From contig NC_058369.1 of the NCBI RefSeq assembly GCF_018350175.1, forward strand, positions 27,778,001 through 27,842,000: a DNA stretch of 64,000 nt, read 5' to 3'. The notes beneath the pieces were generated by a model. It saw only the letters and a list, made by a program, of their open reading frames with translations. It was not told the DNA's origin and ran no database searches. Below, piece by piece: positions 1-12,453 of the stretch. Each line of letters opens with the position of its first letter. Within the stretch, counting starts at the first letter, position 1. A program made the position numbers and the translations under genes. The DNA is from Felis catus (Eukaryota).

Positions 1-464
1 TGCTCTGAAGATCTTGCCATTCCTGCCTGACAATTCTCAAATCTATGTCTGGGACACACAAGCATCTTATTTTTTTTTTCTTTCCTACATTATCAAAAAC
101 AAGCCAAACAACCTCCCCAAATGTATTTCTTCATTTTTTTTTACATGTGGAGGCATTTCTGGGAGTGGAGGAATGGGGAACAATGTGGAATTAACTTTCT
201 GAACACCTACTATGTGCCAGGCCAAGGATAGCCTATACATTATTCTATATAAACCTCACAACAAACCTTTAACAGTTACCAGTATATGGTTTAGGGGAGT
301 TAACTAAAAATACCAGAAGATGTACTTCTATTAAGTGGAATGCTACAGGATCTGGAATATGATCCCTGCCTCTTATTTTCCTTCTGAGCCTTTCTTTGTG
401 ACCAAGTGCCATTGTCATACCTCCCTTGTCCAAGAAAGCCTAGTGTAAAATTTTATTACTTGAA

Positions 465-945
465 TAAACAAAATGTGATATAGATAGATAGATACATGCA
501 TGGATACATAGATATAGATACAGAAATAGATATGTAATGGAATATTATTCAGCTTTAAAAATGAATCAAATTCTGATACATGCTACAAGATGGAAACTTG
601 AAAACATTATGCTAAGTCAAGTAAGCCAGACACAAAAAGACAAATATTGTGTCTATCCTACAATGTCTGAATAAATGTCTATCCCATTTATAATGGGATA
701 CCTAGAATAAATTCATAGGCACAGGAAGTATCAAGAAGTTACTGGTGGCTAAGAGGAAGAGGGAACAGGGAATTACTGTTTAATGGGTACACAATTTCAG
801 TTTGGGATGATGAAAAAGTTCTGGAAATGGAGAGCGGTGATGATTGTACAATAGTGTGAATATACTCAGTGCCATTGAATGGTACACTTAAAAATGATTA
901 AGATGGCAAATTCTATGTTATGTGTATGTTACTACCATATAAATA
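465..945 (+). mobile_element. Old L1 (L1MA/MB-like) 3' end fragment
   Basis: Typical L1 3' motifs: 'aatggaatattattcagc...attctgatacatgctaca...cattatgctaagt...gtttgggatgatgaaaaagttctgga...tacacttaaaaatg'. Confidence 0.8.
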
Positions 946-1020
946 ATATTTCCCACTACTCCCTTTTATAGAAACTACATCTGCCCTGATGCCAAAACTC
1001 TGTCTTAAAACTGCTTGTTG

Positions 1021-1413
1021 TAAATTGTGGTTTATATACACAATGGAGTACTACATGGCAACGAGAAAGAATGAAATATGGCCCTTTGTAGCAACATGGA
1101 TGGAAGTGGAGAGTGTGATGCTAAGTGAAATAAGCCATACAGAGAAAGACAGATACCATATGGTTTCACTCTTATGTGGATCCTGAGAAACTTAACAGAA
1201 ACCCATGGGGGAGGGGAAGAAAAAAAAAAAGAGGTTAGAGTGGAAGAGACCCAAAGCATAAGAGACTCTTAAAAAATGAGAACAATCTGAGGGTTGATGG
1301 GAGGTGGGAGGGAGGGGAGAGTGGGTGATGGGTATTGAGGAGGGCACCTTTTGGGATGAGCATTGGGTGTTGTATGGAAACCAATTTGACAATAAACTTC
1401 ATACATTGAAAAA
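1021..1413 (+). mobile_element. 5'-truncated felid-type L1 (ORF2 C-terminus + 3'UTR)
   Basis: Encodes the ORF2 tail (WFIYTMEYY...WMEVESVMLSEISHTEKDRYHMVSL). AATAAA plus A-tail; exact TSD aaaactgcttgttg at 1007-1020 and 1414-1427; tt/aaaa endonuclease site. Confidence 0.92.
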
Positions 1414-1429
1414 AAAACTGCTTGTTGTT

Positions 1430-1953
1430 AGTGGTAAAGAGACATAAAACATTATCAACTCCAGGCATATCACCTCTAATCCACTGATAGTAGCTGCTAA
1501 AAATATTGTCTTAAGGGTTCCGAAGATGTTTCCAGGTCCAAGTGAGATAAAAGGCATGATGGATTGGTAAGGCCCTCTCACAAAGTTCAGATAAAATACA
1601 ACAAAATATTCTAATTGCTCTGGATTGGAAAAGTGAATTGGGAAACACAATCCAAGTGGCAAGAGCTTAGGTGGATAGAATATGGTACAGAGAGACCATG
1701 ACAGCCAAGGGCAAGCTGACCTCCTGACTGCCTAGGAACTGAGTAAGCAAGGGAAGCTAGGTAGCTCGAAAGTAGGAAACAAGAGAGATATTCTATGATC
1801 ATGAAGTTCATGGGTGTGGGCTGTTAGGAGCTTCCTTAGTTCTAGTTGCTTTCTCCTGCCAGTGCAAGACTCCATGCAGCCTTGCTATAAATCTCCCCTC
1901 CCTTCATAAAACTTTAGTATCTATTTCTTAGATCTAAAATAGTCTAACTTCAA
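1430..1953 (+). mobile_element. Possible degenerate old LTR (ERVL/MaLR-like)
   Basis: LTR-like 3' end ('...ctataaatctcccctccc...gtctaacttcaaca') ending in CA; family not recognised. Confidence 0.3.
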
Positions 1954-4369
1954 CAGGGCCTCAGAAGGTAGGGTGGTCATATAATGCAACCTCCACAGAG
2001 AGCAATTTCAATTCATAGGCATTTTACTGTATGTTCCATGAGCTTTCTGTGGTTTGATAGACAAAATGCCCACATGCATAGAGAAAACTGGGTAGTCGCC
2101 CAATTTCTTATTATTGGTAGAAATAGGACAATAGGAAAGTAGTATTTTTTAACCCTGGGAACCTTTACAACTTCCTTGAACCATAGACAAAAATAACAAA
2201 CATACTGGAAATTATGATAATCATTAAAAAATAAAATATTTGCGGAAATCCATCCTCCTGTTACATAAAGAATGTTTTTTTGTGTGTGGCAAAAATAGAA
2301 TTCTTCAACTCAATCAACTTTCAGATTATCTAAAAATCAAATTGAATTGAATTTAGATCACAGAATCAATACATGGAGACTAAGGATCACTAAATTCTGT
2401 TACTGAAGGGGTGGAAAAACTCTTTTTTAGTATGCATCACATAACACAGTCTTTATTTCTAAGAACTTTGGCCTAAATCCTGCCTACACATGGTTTATGT
2501 AATGATTAATCCTTTGCCTTCACTGCTTTATATGTCAGAAATATCGGAATGCAAATTAATCCTATATACTACCTACTTTGAATAAGTTACATGAAAAATG
2601 CTGCATATTTGTAAAGAAAGTAGCTTATTGGGAGAAAAATGAGATTTTGAATTATAAGAATCAATACACAGTTGTCTTGGTCAGTTTTAGATTTTAACAA
2701 CATGGTACCACTTTTTGCCCCCAAAGTGAAACAAAAATCAATTTTGTTTTCTTTCTTTTCTTAAGCTGGAGAACACTGTTGAGTTTAATCATAAAGAAGA
2801 ATCTTGTTTTGATTTCCTCTATCAATTAGTTCTTGGAAAAATGCATTGTAACCCTATTCCAATTTTCAGAAACAGAAGTGCTTTTCATTTTTCAAACTGC
2901 AGATGAGGTTGGGGATGGATATGTGAAAGAGCTAAGATCTGGATATGTAGAAGCGCCTATCTCTGAATCTGGGAAAGGGCTTTTTCACTAGGGTAGAAAT
3001 CAACAGGCAAGCTAATCGTTGGTTGCTTAAGCGTTGTCTGTCAATGCTCCACTCAGATCCACAATCCCATTGAAACCTGTCGCTTTCAAGAGTGCCAATA
3101 ATAGGAGGCGAAAAGAGCACCAGAGTTGGACATTCTATAACAAGAGCCCAGTGGATTCCTAACTTTCATCTAAGAAACTTCAATGGTTTAAGAGCAGATC
3201 CGTAAATGCTACAGGGTGAAAGAAATCTATGCAAAACCACAGGGAGAGTCTGGAGTAAGAGACACAATGTGACGATCTCAGGCCTTGCCCTCCAACCTTA
3301 AGTCCACATCACACGGCCTCTTTACAAAAGTCTCTCTGAAAGCCCAACAGTTTCCACTCTGGTTTGAGACTTCCTGCTGAAGAGTTGGGTTATAGAGATG
3401 GGTATCTGACTAAGCTAGGTATCCTTTTTATACGCTTGCTCACGCTCTCTCTCAAGCATGGAGGGTTTTTCACGTTCCAAAATAAAATGCAAACCAAGAG
3501 CATTTTGTATTTTTGCATTTCGATTCCCTGTTTTGTCAGTGAGTAATTATAGCAAATAAAATATTGCAGCTGAATGTAAATTGTTAGACAACCAGATCAC
3601 ACCAGGATATTTTTCTTCCACAAGTTTTACATCATAGCATGTTAAATATTAAAATACTGCAAGTCAAGTAAACAGAGAGGGTTCTTTTGCTCAAAGCATT
3701 AATTTTAAACAAACATTTCACTGTTATTCAGATCAGATGCTGGGAAACAAATGATGTTTTCTTTCAAATAAGGGGAATATATCATCTGGAGGAAGGTAGA
3801 CAGGAGAATCACATAGAAATAAGGGCATTGTGACACAAGAGATGAATTTCCACCAGAAGAACAGAAGAGAATTCATATGTAGGAGAAAAAGAAAAAGAAA
3901 GATTTACAAAAGGGAATTTGGAAAAGAGCAAGAAATGAGAAAGATTGATTTATTCCTAGAATAAAAAATGAAGATATGTCTCATGCCAGAAAACGGAAAC
4001 CTGACTCAAAGTAAGGCAGGCAGAGAAGAAATCAGTTTCTGATATAGTGAATTTTAGTGTCTTTAAGTAGTTACCAAGAAGGTAGAAAGAAAAAATTTTG
4101 CATCTCTGAAAGATGATCAATCAATAAAATACCAATCAATAAAAACTGACTAAGTACCTGATGTGTATGCAGCAACCAAATAGAAAATTAGACATGGTCC
4201 TCTCCTGACACTTTTCTATGGGGTTAAGAACAGAAAGTGCTCAAATAATGACAGTGGGAATGTGTGTGTATTCTACAGTGTGAAATTAACAAAATCTGTA
4301 ACTCAAAATTCAAGGATACAGATGACAACAGTGAGTTAGAGTTCCAGTCATAACACGACCACTTTGTGA

Positions 4370-4570
4370 ACATCTCCTACTTTCCACACTCTGTGCCAGA
4401 AGCCTGATGTTTATGACATCCAACATTTAAAACAATCCATTAAGAATTATTCCTTTTAGATTACTGAAGAAAATAAGGTTCAAAAGTTAAGTCGTTTATG
4501 TTACACAGTGAGTAAATGGTAGGGCCTGAATTTAATCAGAGTTCTCTCCTTCTCCCAAGGTCATGCATTT
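4370..4570 (-). mobile_element. MIR fragment
   Basis: Reverse MIR core: 'ctgtgccag...aaggttcaaaagttaagt...cacagtgagtaaatgg'. Confidence 0.55.
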
Positions 4571-6947
4571 TTTTCCCCTCCTAAAGTGCTGGATTTATCC
4601 TAAAAAAGCCCTTGCCCTATGCATCCTTACAGCTAAATAGCAACCAATTAAAACAGAAACAAAAACAAACAGAAAAGAAGTGTGGAAAAGGTTCTTTGTA
4701 AGGGAGATGTTCCCAACATGATTAAAGCAATGAAACTGTAATGATATGGAGGATTTTTTTTTTTTTTTGCTTTTAAAAATTTGTTTGGGAGGACATGTAT
4801 CTGTTTGGAAGCAAGGCTTTCAAATCATCTCAGAGTTGATGCTTGGAGGGCATGGATAGTGGAGGACATAAAGTCTTCACAGAAGGAGGCAAGTCTTTTC
4901 TACAGAGGTGAGGGAACAAGGAAGGGGCTGGGAGAACAAAAGCTAATCTCTTATCTTTGCCAGTTTGCCACTAAGGTTAAAAAAAAAATACAACACCTGA
5001 GAATAGGACTATTATGATAAATAGCATATCATGTTGAGTGGTGCAAACCACTGTAAGATACATTGACAGAGGAACCAGAAAGATTCCCACAAAATGTGGA
5101 GAGAATTTTAAATTCTCATGAAAAGTGGAATTAGGGGGTTGAGTCCATTATAGTCACACCCCCACACAGCAAGGAGGCTCCTGTGGACATCTGGTTTATA
5201 GGACTAATTTTCTGGCAATACAGTAATTTTTTTGACAATTATTAGATGAGGCTGAATATAAGCAAAAAAATGATAATAATCTTGCATCTGATCAAAGTGA
5301 TATACCCCACATCACCACACTATATGAGATTTCTGTAATAAAAATAATAGTTCAGCCAAATATCCATTGGTTGAGAACAGCCAGGACATTGACTCCCTGT
5401 GTTCATGGCAGCTCATTAGCCTCCCTTGTAGGCAAGAGCCCAGAGTGGTCGCTAGATAGAATATACCTAATAGACATTCCACTCAATTATTTTTAGAAAG
5501 CTATTGAGAGAAGCAAATGAATCTGGAGGGATGGATCAACAGATTTTTCTTCCACCTGTTTGTTAGGGAATATGTGGTTTAAGCTGACTTGGATATTAAA
5601 TATTTGGCAATCTCCTAACAGAATAGGAAATGTGCATACCTTTAAAACCAGCTGATTCTTTACTAAAAATTTGCCTTACAGATCTACTTAGAATATTCCA
5701 AAGTAGGGACCTCAGGGAGGTGGCCTGCACTCATCTCCTCTCATGAACACCCCAAGGTTACAACTACCTATGACGTAACTCACTGTGAAAACCACCTGAA
5801 GACTAGCAGAACAGGTCTTCCATAGCTAAAGACATCAAGAGGAGGCCACATCAAAAAGGGTAGGAGGGGCAGAGACAAAGTCAGGAACCAAATCCCTGGT
5901 GCAGAGACCCACAGGTGAGGAGGCCATACCTGAGGAGTAAAGGGTTCAAAATCCACACTGGACACCCCTTGCCCTGGGGATCTGTCCCAGGAAGACAAGC
6001 TCCCATACCCTCTGGCTTTGAAAATCAGTGGGACTTAACTCTGAGAGAACCAGAGGGCTATGGCAAAGTGAGATTCCACTCTTAAAGGGCCAGTGTGCTG
6101 TAACACATACTCTGAGACCCAGCACAGAGGCAGCAGATGGTAAAGTAGACATGATTTTTTAAGTCATAGACTAATTTTAACTTGTTCTCTGGAAAGGAAG
6201 GGATCTGTAGGAACTTTCTCTAGGGAAAGAAGTGCTGGTGGACCATTTTTCTTGCCCTCCTTCAGACTGGCTAGCAGGATGCTGGAAGGAGCCGGTTCTG
6301 ACTCTCTCCATCTACCTTGCTAGCGCTGCTAGCACTGCTCACCCACCATGGATTTTCCATGCAGATCTGCCTCACTTAACCCTGTCCAAAGCAGCTGCTG
6401 CCCTGCCCGGCCCAATAGGCAACCTCAGCAGGGAAGTGTCCCCCCACCTAAAGCCACTCCCACCTTACTACACCTAGAGCAGCTGTGGCCGGCCTCTCAG
6501 CCAGCCACACAGGAAGCCAGCCCTGTCCACTAGTGTACCTGTAGTGGTCATGGCCAGTCACTGCAGCAGCCAGTCAGGCTGGGGCCAGCCCCACCCACAA
6601 GCACATGCACAGCAGTAATGGCCCAGTCAAGACAAGACGGCGCTTGCAGCCCACACAGGTTACGGCCCTGGAGTTCTGCTTTCTAGTGACCCAGGGAGGA
6701 TGGTGCTGCTGGACCCCACAGGATGCCTCTCACACAACGTCACCACTTTCAATACTGGGAGAATGTAGCTGATCTATCTAATGCATAGAAACAAACACAG
6801 AGAGCCAGACAAAATAAGAGCCAAAGAAATATGTTCCAAACGAAACAATAACAACACAAAACCTCAGAAAAAGAAGTAAATTAAGTGCAAATGAGCAATC
6901 AATTCTGATCAAGAGTTGAAAGTAATGGTCATAAAGATGCTCATGGG

Positions 6948-7851
6948 CTCAACACCCAAAAAACAAATAATCCAGGGAAAAAATGGGCAAAAGACATGAA
7001 TAGACACTTCTCCAAGGAAGACATCCAGATGGCCAACTGACACATGAAAAAATGCTCCATATCACTCATCATCAAGGAAACACAAATCAAAACCACAATG
7101 AGATACCACCTTACACCTGTCAGAATGACTAACATTAACAACTCAGGCAACAATAGATGTTGGCGAGGATGTGGAGAAAGAGGATCTCTTTTGCATTGTT
7201 GGTGGGAATGCAAGCCGGTGCAGCCACTCAGGAAAACAGTATGTTGGTTCCTCAAAAAACTAAAAATAGAACTACCCTATGACCCAGCAATTGCACTACT
7301 AGGCATTTATCCACGGGATACAGGTGTGCTGTTTCGAAGGGACACATGCACCCCCATGTTTATGGCAGCACTATCAACAATAGCCAAAGTATGGAAAGAG
7401 CCCAAATGTCCATTGATGGATGAATGGATAAAGAAGATGTGGTATATATATACAATGGAGTATTCCTCAGCAATAAAAAAGAATGAAATCTTGCCATTTG
7501 CAACTACGTGGATGGAACTGAAGGGTATTATGCTAAGTGAAATTAGTCAGTCAGAGAAAGACAGATATCATATGACTTCACTCATATGAGGACTTTAAGA
7601 GACAAAACAGATGAACATAAGGGAAGGGAAACAAAAATAATATAAAAACAGGGAGGGGGACAAAACAGAAAAGACTCATAAATATGGAGAACAAACTGAG
7701 GGTTATGAGAGGGGATGTGGGAGGAGGGATGGGCTAAATGGGTAAGAGGCACAAAGTAATCTACTCCTGAAATCATTGTTGCCCTATATGCTAACTAATT
7801 TGGATGGAAATTTTAAAAAATAAAAAATTAAATTAAATTAAATTAAAAAAA
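6948..7851 (+). mobile_element. Younger 5'-truncated L1 nested in ORF1 of the host L1
   Basis: Uninterrupted 181-aa ORF2 C-terminus (7044-7589) with the C-x3-C-x7-H-x4-C motif [19 protein letters not shown]-rich tail; exact 15-bp TSD aaagatgctcatggg at 6933-6947 and 7852-7866. Confidence 0.93.
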
Positions 7852-8335
7852 AAAGATGCTCATGGGATTTGAAGAAAGAGTGGATGAACTCAGAACTTCA
7901 ACAATGAAGTAGAATATGTAAAAAAGAATCAACTGGACATGAAGAAAACAATAACTGAAATTTAAAAAAATGTCTTAGAGTGTATAAAGAGCACATTAGA
8001 GGATGCATAAGAATGGATTAGCAATCTGGAAGACAGGGTGGTAGAAATCACCCAAGCTGAAGAACAAAAAGGAAAAAAAATAATCAAAATTTTAGGGTAA
8101 GGGAAGAGACCTTTGGGACAACATCAAGTGTACCAGCATTGGCATTATGGGGATCCCAGAAGGAAAAAAAAAGAGAAAGAGGTAGAAAACTTATTTCAAG
8201 AAATAATAGCTAAAACTTTCCCTAATCTGAGAAAAGAAACAAATATCCAGGTCCAGGAACCACACATAGCCTCAAATAAGAGGAACCCAAAGAAGTCTAC
8301 AGCAAGACATAGCATTATTAAAATGTCAAAAATTA

Positions 8336-8539
8336 GGGGTGCCTCATGGCTCAGTTGGTTAAGTGCCCGACTTCAGTTCAGGTCATGATCTCACAGTTTG
8401 TGGGTTTGAGCCCTGCATCAGGCTCTGTGCTGACAGTTCAGAGCCTGGAGCCTACTTTGGATTCTGTGTCTCCCTCTTTCTCTGCCCCTCCCTTGCTCAC
8501 GCTCTGTCTCTCAAAAATGCACAAAGGTTAAATTTTTTT
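8336..8539 (+). mobile_element. Can-SINE
   Basis: tRNA-derived head 'ggggtgcctcatggctcagttggttaag', CT-rich body; TSD aaatgtcaaaaatta at 8321-8335 and 8540-8554. Confidence 0.92.
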
Positions 8540-9192
8540 AAATGTCAAAAATTAAAGATAGAGAATGTTAAAATCAGCAAGAGGGAAGCCAATCATTACA
8601 TACAAGGGTAACACCATAAGGCCATCAGCTGATCTCTCAGCAGAAACTTTGAAAGCCAGTGGAGAGGCCTATAAAATCCAAAGAGCTGAAAGGACAAAAT
8701 TTAGAACCAAAAATACCCAGTAATCGTTCAGAACTGAAGAGAAGATAGTTGCCCAAACAAAAGTTAAAGGCATTCACGACTAAATAGGTCTTACTAGAAA
8801 TGTTAAAGAAACTTCTTAACAAGAAGTCTTCTTAAAGACTTTTCTTCTTAAAGAAGAAAAGGCCACAGAAGAAAATAATCAAACGAAAAAATTTCACTGG
8901 TAAAAGCAAATACAGTCAAAATAGTAGATCAATTACTTACAAAGACAGTATGAAAGTAAAGACAAACATAATAAAATCAATTAGATTTATAAAAATTAGT
9001 TAAGAGATACACAAAATAAAACTCTGTAAAGTATGACACTGCATATATAAAACATAGATGGGGCTAAAAATGTAGTTCTTTCGGAATGTGTTTGAACTTA
9101 AGGGACCATGAACCTAACATAGACTGCTATACATACAGGATGTTTTGTGTTTTGTTTTGTTTCACAGGACGTTTCGTGTTTTGCTTTGTTTT

Positions 9193-9340
9193 TAAGTTTA
9201 TTTATTCATTTTGAGAGAGAAAGAATCCCAATCAGGCTCTGCACTGCCAACACAGAGCCTGATATGGGGCTCAAACCAATGTGAGATCATGACCTGAACT
9301 GAAGTTGGATGCTTAACTGACTGAGCCACCCAGGTGTCCC
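9193..9340 (-). mobile_element. Can-SINE (shortened, no TSD seen)
   Basis: 'gagatcatgacctgaactgaagttggatgcttaactgactgagccacccaggtgtccc'. Confidence 0.88.
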
Positions 9341-9606
9341 AGATAATTAATTTAAATGTAAATGGACTAAATGCTCCAATCAAAAGATATAAGATGACTG
9401 AAAAAAAAAAACAAAAAACAAAACCAAGACCAGTCTGTATGCTGCCTACAAGAAACTCACTTCACACCTATAAACACATACAAACTGAAAATGAAGGGGA
9501 AAATATTTTCCATGCCAATGGAAGCAACAATAAAAAACTAAACCAAAAAATAAAACCCTCCAAAACACCTGGGGTAGCAATACTTACATCAGACAAATAG
9601 ACTTTA

Positions 9607-9827
9607 TTTTTTTTAATTTTTTTTAATGTTTATTTATTTTTGAGACAGAGAGAGACAGAGCATGAACGGGGGAGGGTCAGAGAGGGAGGGAGACACAGAA
9701 TCTGAAACAGGCTCCAGGCTCTGAGCCATCAGCACAGAGCCCGATGTGGGGCTGGAACTCACAGACCGTGAGATCATGACCTGAGCTGAAGTCGGATGCT
9801 CAACCCACTGAGCTACCCAGGCGCCCC
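9607..9827 (-). mobile_element. Can-SINE (SINEC_Fc-like)
   Basis: Full-length body; exact TSD gacaaatagacttta at 9592-9606 and 9830-9844. Confidence 0.93.
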
Positions 9828-10363
9828 TGGACAAATAGACTTTAAAACAAAGTATGTAACTAGAGACAAAAAAATGCCATAATGTAATGACAACAGGATC
9901 AATCCAACCAGAGGGTATAATAATTTTAGATATCTATGTACCCAACATAAGAGTACCTAAATATATAAAGGATAAAGCAGATAGGGATATAATTGGGGAT
10001 TTTTAGCAGATAATCTAGACATAAAATCAGTAAAGAAAACAGTAGTTTTAATAACACATTAGACCAGATGAAATAGGTATATATAGAACATTACATGTGG
10101 AAACAAGAGAATACACATTCTTTTCAAGAGCACATGGAGCATTCTGAAGGACAGACCACACGTTAGGTTCAAACCAAATTTCTATGAATTTAAGAAGACT
10201 GAAATGATATGAATCATATTTTCAACCACAATGGTATAAAACTAGAAACAAGAAAAAAATGGGAAAAAAACACAAACATGTAGAGACTAAACAACATGCT
10301 ATTAAACAATCAATGGGTCAACAAACCAATAAAAGAGAAACATTTTTTAAAAATACCCGGAAA

Positions 10364-10625
10364 TTGCACAAGGTGTATGAATGAGGTCTCTGTGTTGTGA
10401 GTGACAGAAAATTCACCCTGAATTGTCCTCTCAAACAGGGAATTTATGGGCTCATGTAACTAAAAAGGCCAAGGGCATATGTGGCTTCAGAATGACATTC
10501 ATCTCCAATTTTACCTGTTTCTTGGCTTGGTTCTTCTCTCTTCTGAATATTCAGGTCATTCTCAGCTATGTACTCACCACATAGTTACAAGATGGCTTCT
10601 AGCAGCCCACATGGCTATATCCATC

Positions 10626-10669
<44 letters not shown>

Positions 10670-10927
10670 TAAGAGGTATTCACCTCTGCTCCATGTTCAC
10701 AACTAAGAAGATAATCAGTTTTCTGCTTCTGATGTGAGGATGTGTTGCCCAGAGTTGTGGCCACTATATTGTGATCATGAAGGGAGCAGGCTGACAGCTG
10801 AGGAGGACACAAGAACCTTAAAGATAAATAAGAACCTGGGTTCTGGGTGATTTTATTTAGTTGTGGAATTAATCAGCCGTGGATCTGGATTGGTTATATG
10901 AAATAATAAATTCCCTTGCTGCTTAAA
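10364..10927 (+). mobile_element. TSD-flanked non-L1 insertion made of MaLR (MLT1J/K-like) LTR pieces; probable retroposed transcript
   Basis: TSD aaaaatacccggaaa 10349-10363 / aaaaatacctggaaa 10928-10942; AATAAA at 10905-10910 then an A-run 14 nt later; L1 ORF2 is contiguous on both sides. Confidence 0.72.
10628..10668. repeat. (GT)n microsatellite
   Basis: About 20 GT units. Confidence 0.95.
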
Positions 10928-12035
10928 AAAAATACCTGGAAACAAAGGAAAATGTAAACACAATGGTTCAAAATCTCTGGGACACTACAAAAACAGTTCT
11001 AAGAGGGAAGGTTATAGCCATACGCAAAAACAAGAAAAATCTCAAATGAACAATCTAGACTTACACCTAAAGACACTTGAAAAAGAACATGCAAAGCCCA
11101 AAGTTATAAGGAAGGAAAATAAAGATCCAAAGCAGAAATAAATAAAACAAAGATTTAATAAACAATAGAAAAAATCAATAAAACTAAAGCTGGTTCTTTG
11201 AAAAGACAAACAAAATTGATAAATCTTTAGCCAGACTCAGTGAGGAAAAAAGAGAGAGGATTCAAACAAATAAAATCAGAAGTGAGAAGGAAGTTACAAC
11301 TGATACTACAGAAATACAAAAAAGATTATGAGACTACTATCAAAAATAATATGCTGACAAATTGGACAACTAAGAAAAACGAATCAATTCCTAGAAACAT
11401 ACAATTTTCCTGATATGACTCTATCAGGAAGAAATAGAAAATCTTAACAGACCAATTACTAGTTACAAAAATGATTCATTAATCAACAAACTCCCAACAA
11501 ACAAAAATCTGGGATCAGATGGCTTCAAAGGTGAATCCCACCAAACATTTAAAGAAGGGTTAATTCCAATCCCTCTGAAACTATTTCAAATAAATACATA
11601 AATAAATAATAAAAGAAGGAAGAATGCTTCCAAACTCATTCTACAAAACCAACATTATTACCTAATACTAAAACCAGATAAAGACATCACAAGAAAGGAA
11701 AATTAGCAGCCAAAATCCTTGATAAACACAAATGAAATAAATCATCAACAAAATTATTAGTAATCCAAATTCAACAATAAATTTAAAGAATCATTTACGT
11801 GATCAAGTGGAATATATTCCAGGGATGCAAGGATGGTTCAATGTCCACTAATCAAAGTGGTTCCTTAACAAAATAAAGGATATGATATCATATGATATCG
11901 TATGATAATCTCAATAGAAGCAGAAAAAGCATTTCACAAAACTCAACATCCATTCATTATGAAATTTCTTAACAAAGTGGTTTAGAGAGAAAATATCTCA
12001 ACATAGGAAAGGGAAACACACAACTATATATGGGA

Positions 12036-12038
<3 letters not shown>

Positions 12039-12094
<56 letters not shown>
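12039..12094. repeat. (AT)n microsatellite inside L1 ORF2
   Basis: About 28 AT units. Confidence 0.95.
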
Positions 12095-12096
<2 letters not shown>

Positions 12097-12258
12097 GAAA
12101 CCCACAACTAACATCCTACTCAATGGTGAAAACTTGAAAGCTTTATCCTCTGTGGTCAGGAACAAGACAAGGATGTCCACTCACAGCACTTTTATTCAAC
12201 ATAGTACTAGATATCCTAGCAGCAGCAATTAGACCAGATATAAAAGCATCCAAATCCA

Positions 12259-12453
12259 GGGGCACCCGGGTGGCTCAGTCGGTTAAGCGTCTAACTTCAG
12301 TTCAGGTCATGATCTCACAGTTTGTGGGTTCGAGCCCCACATTGGTCTCTGCACTGACAGCTGGGAACCTGCTTCAGATTCTGTGTCTCCCTCTCTCTCT
12401 GCCCCTCCTCCGCTCACGCTCAGTCTATGTCCCTCAAAAATAAACATTAAAAA
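12259..12453 (+). mobile_element. Can-SINE
   Basis: Head 'ggggcacccgggtggctcagtcggttaagcg'; TSD aaaagcatccaaat / aaaaggatccaaat. Confidence 0.92.

Larger units (their letters stand above)
6815..8850 (+). pseudogene. Disrupted L1 ORF1p, interrupted by an L1 fragment and a SINE
   Basis: ORF track 8113-8388 contains an ORF1p RRM-region motif; frameshifts and stops throughout. Confidence 0.8.

Noticed and set aside
5703..6810. Host gene promoter or CpG island
   Set aside because: GC-richer but CpG-poor, and positioned as the 5'UTR of the large L1, between its TSD and ORF1.
7044..7589. 181-aa ORF as a functional CDS
   Set aside because: It is the C-terminus of L1 ORF2p in a 5'-truncated copy lacking promoter, endonuclease and RT domains.
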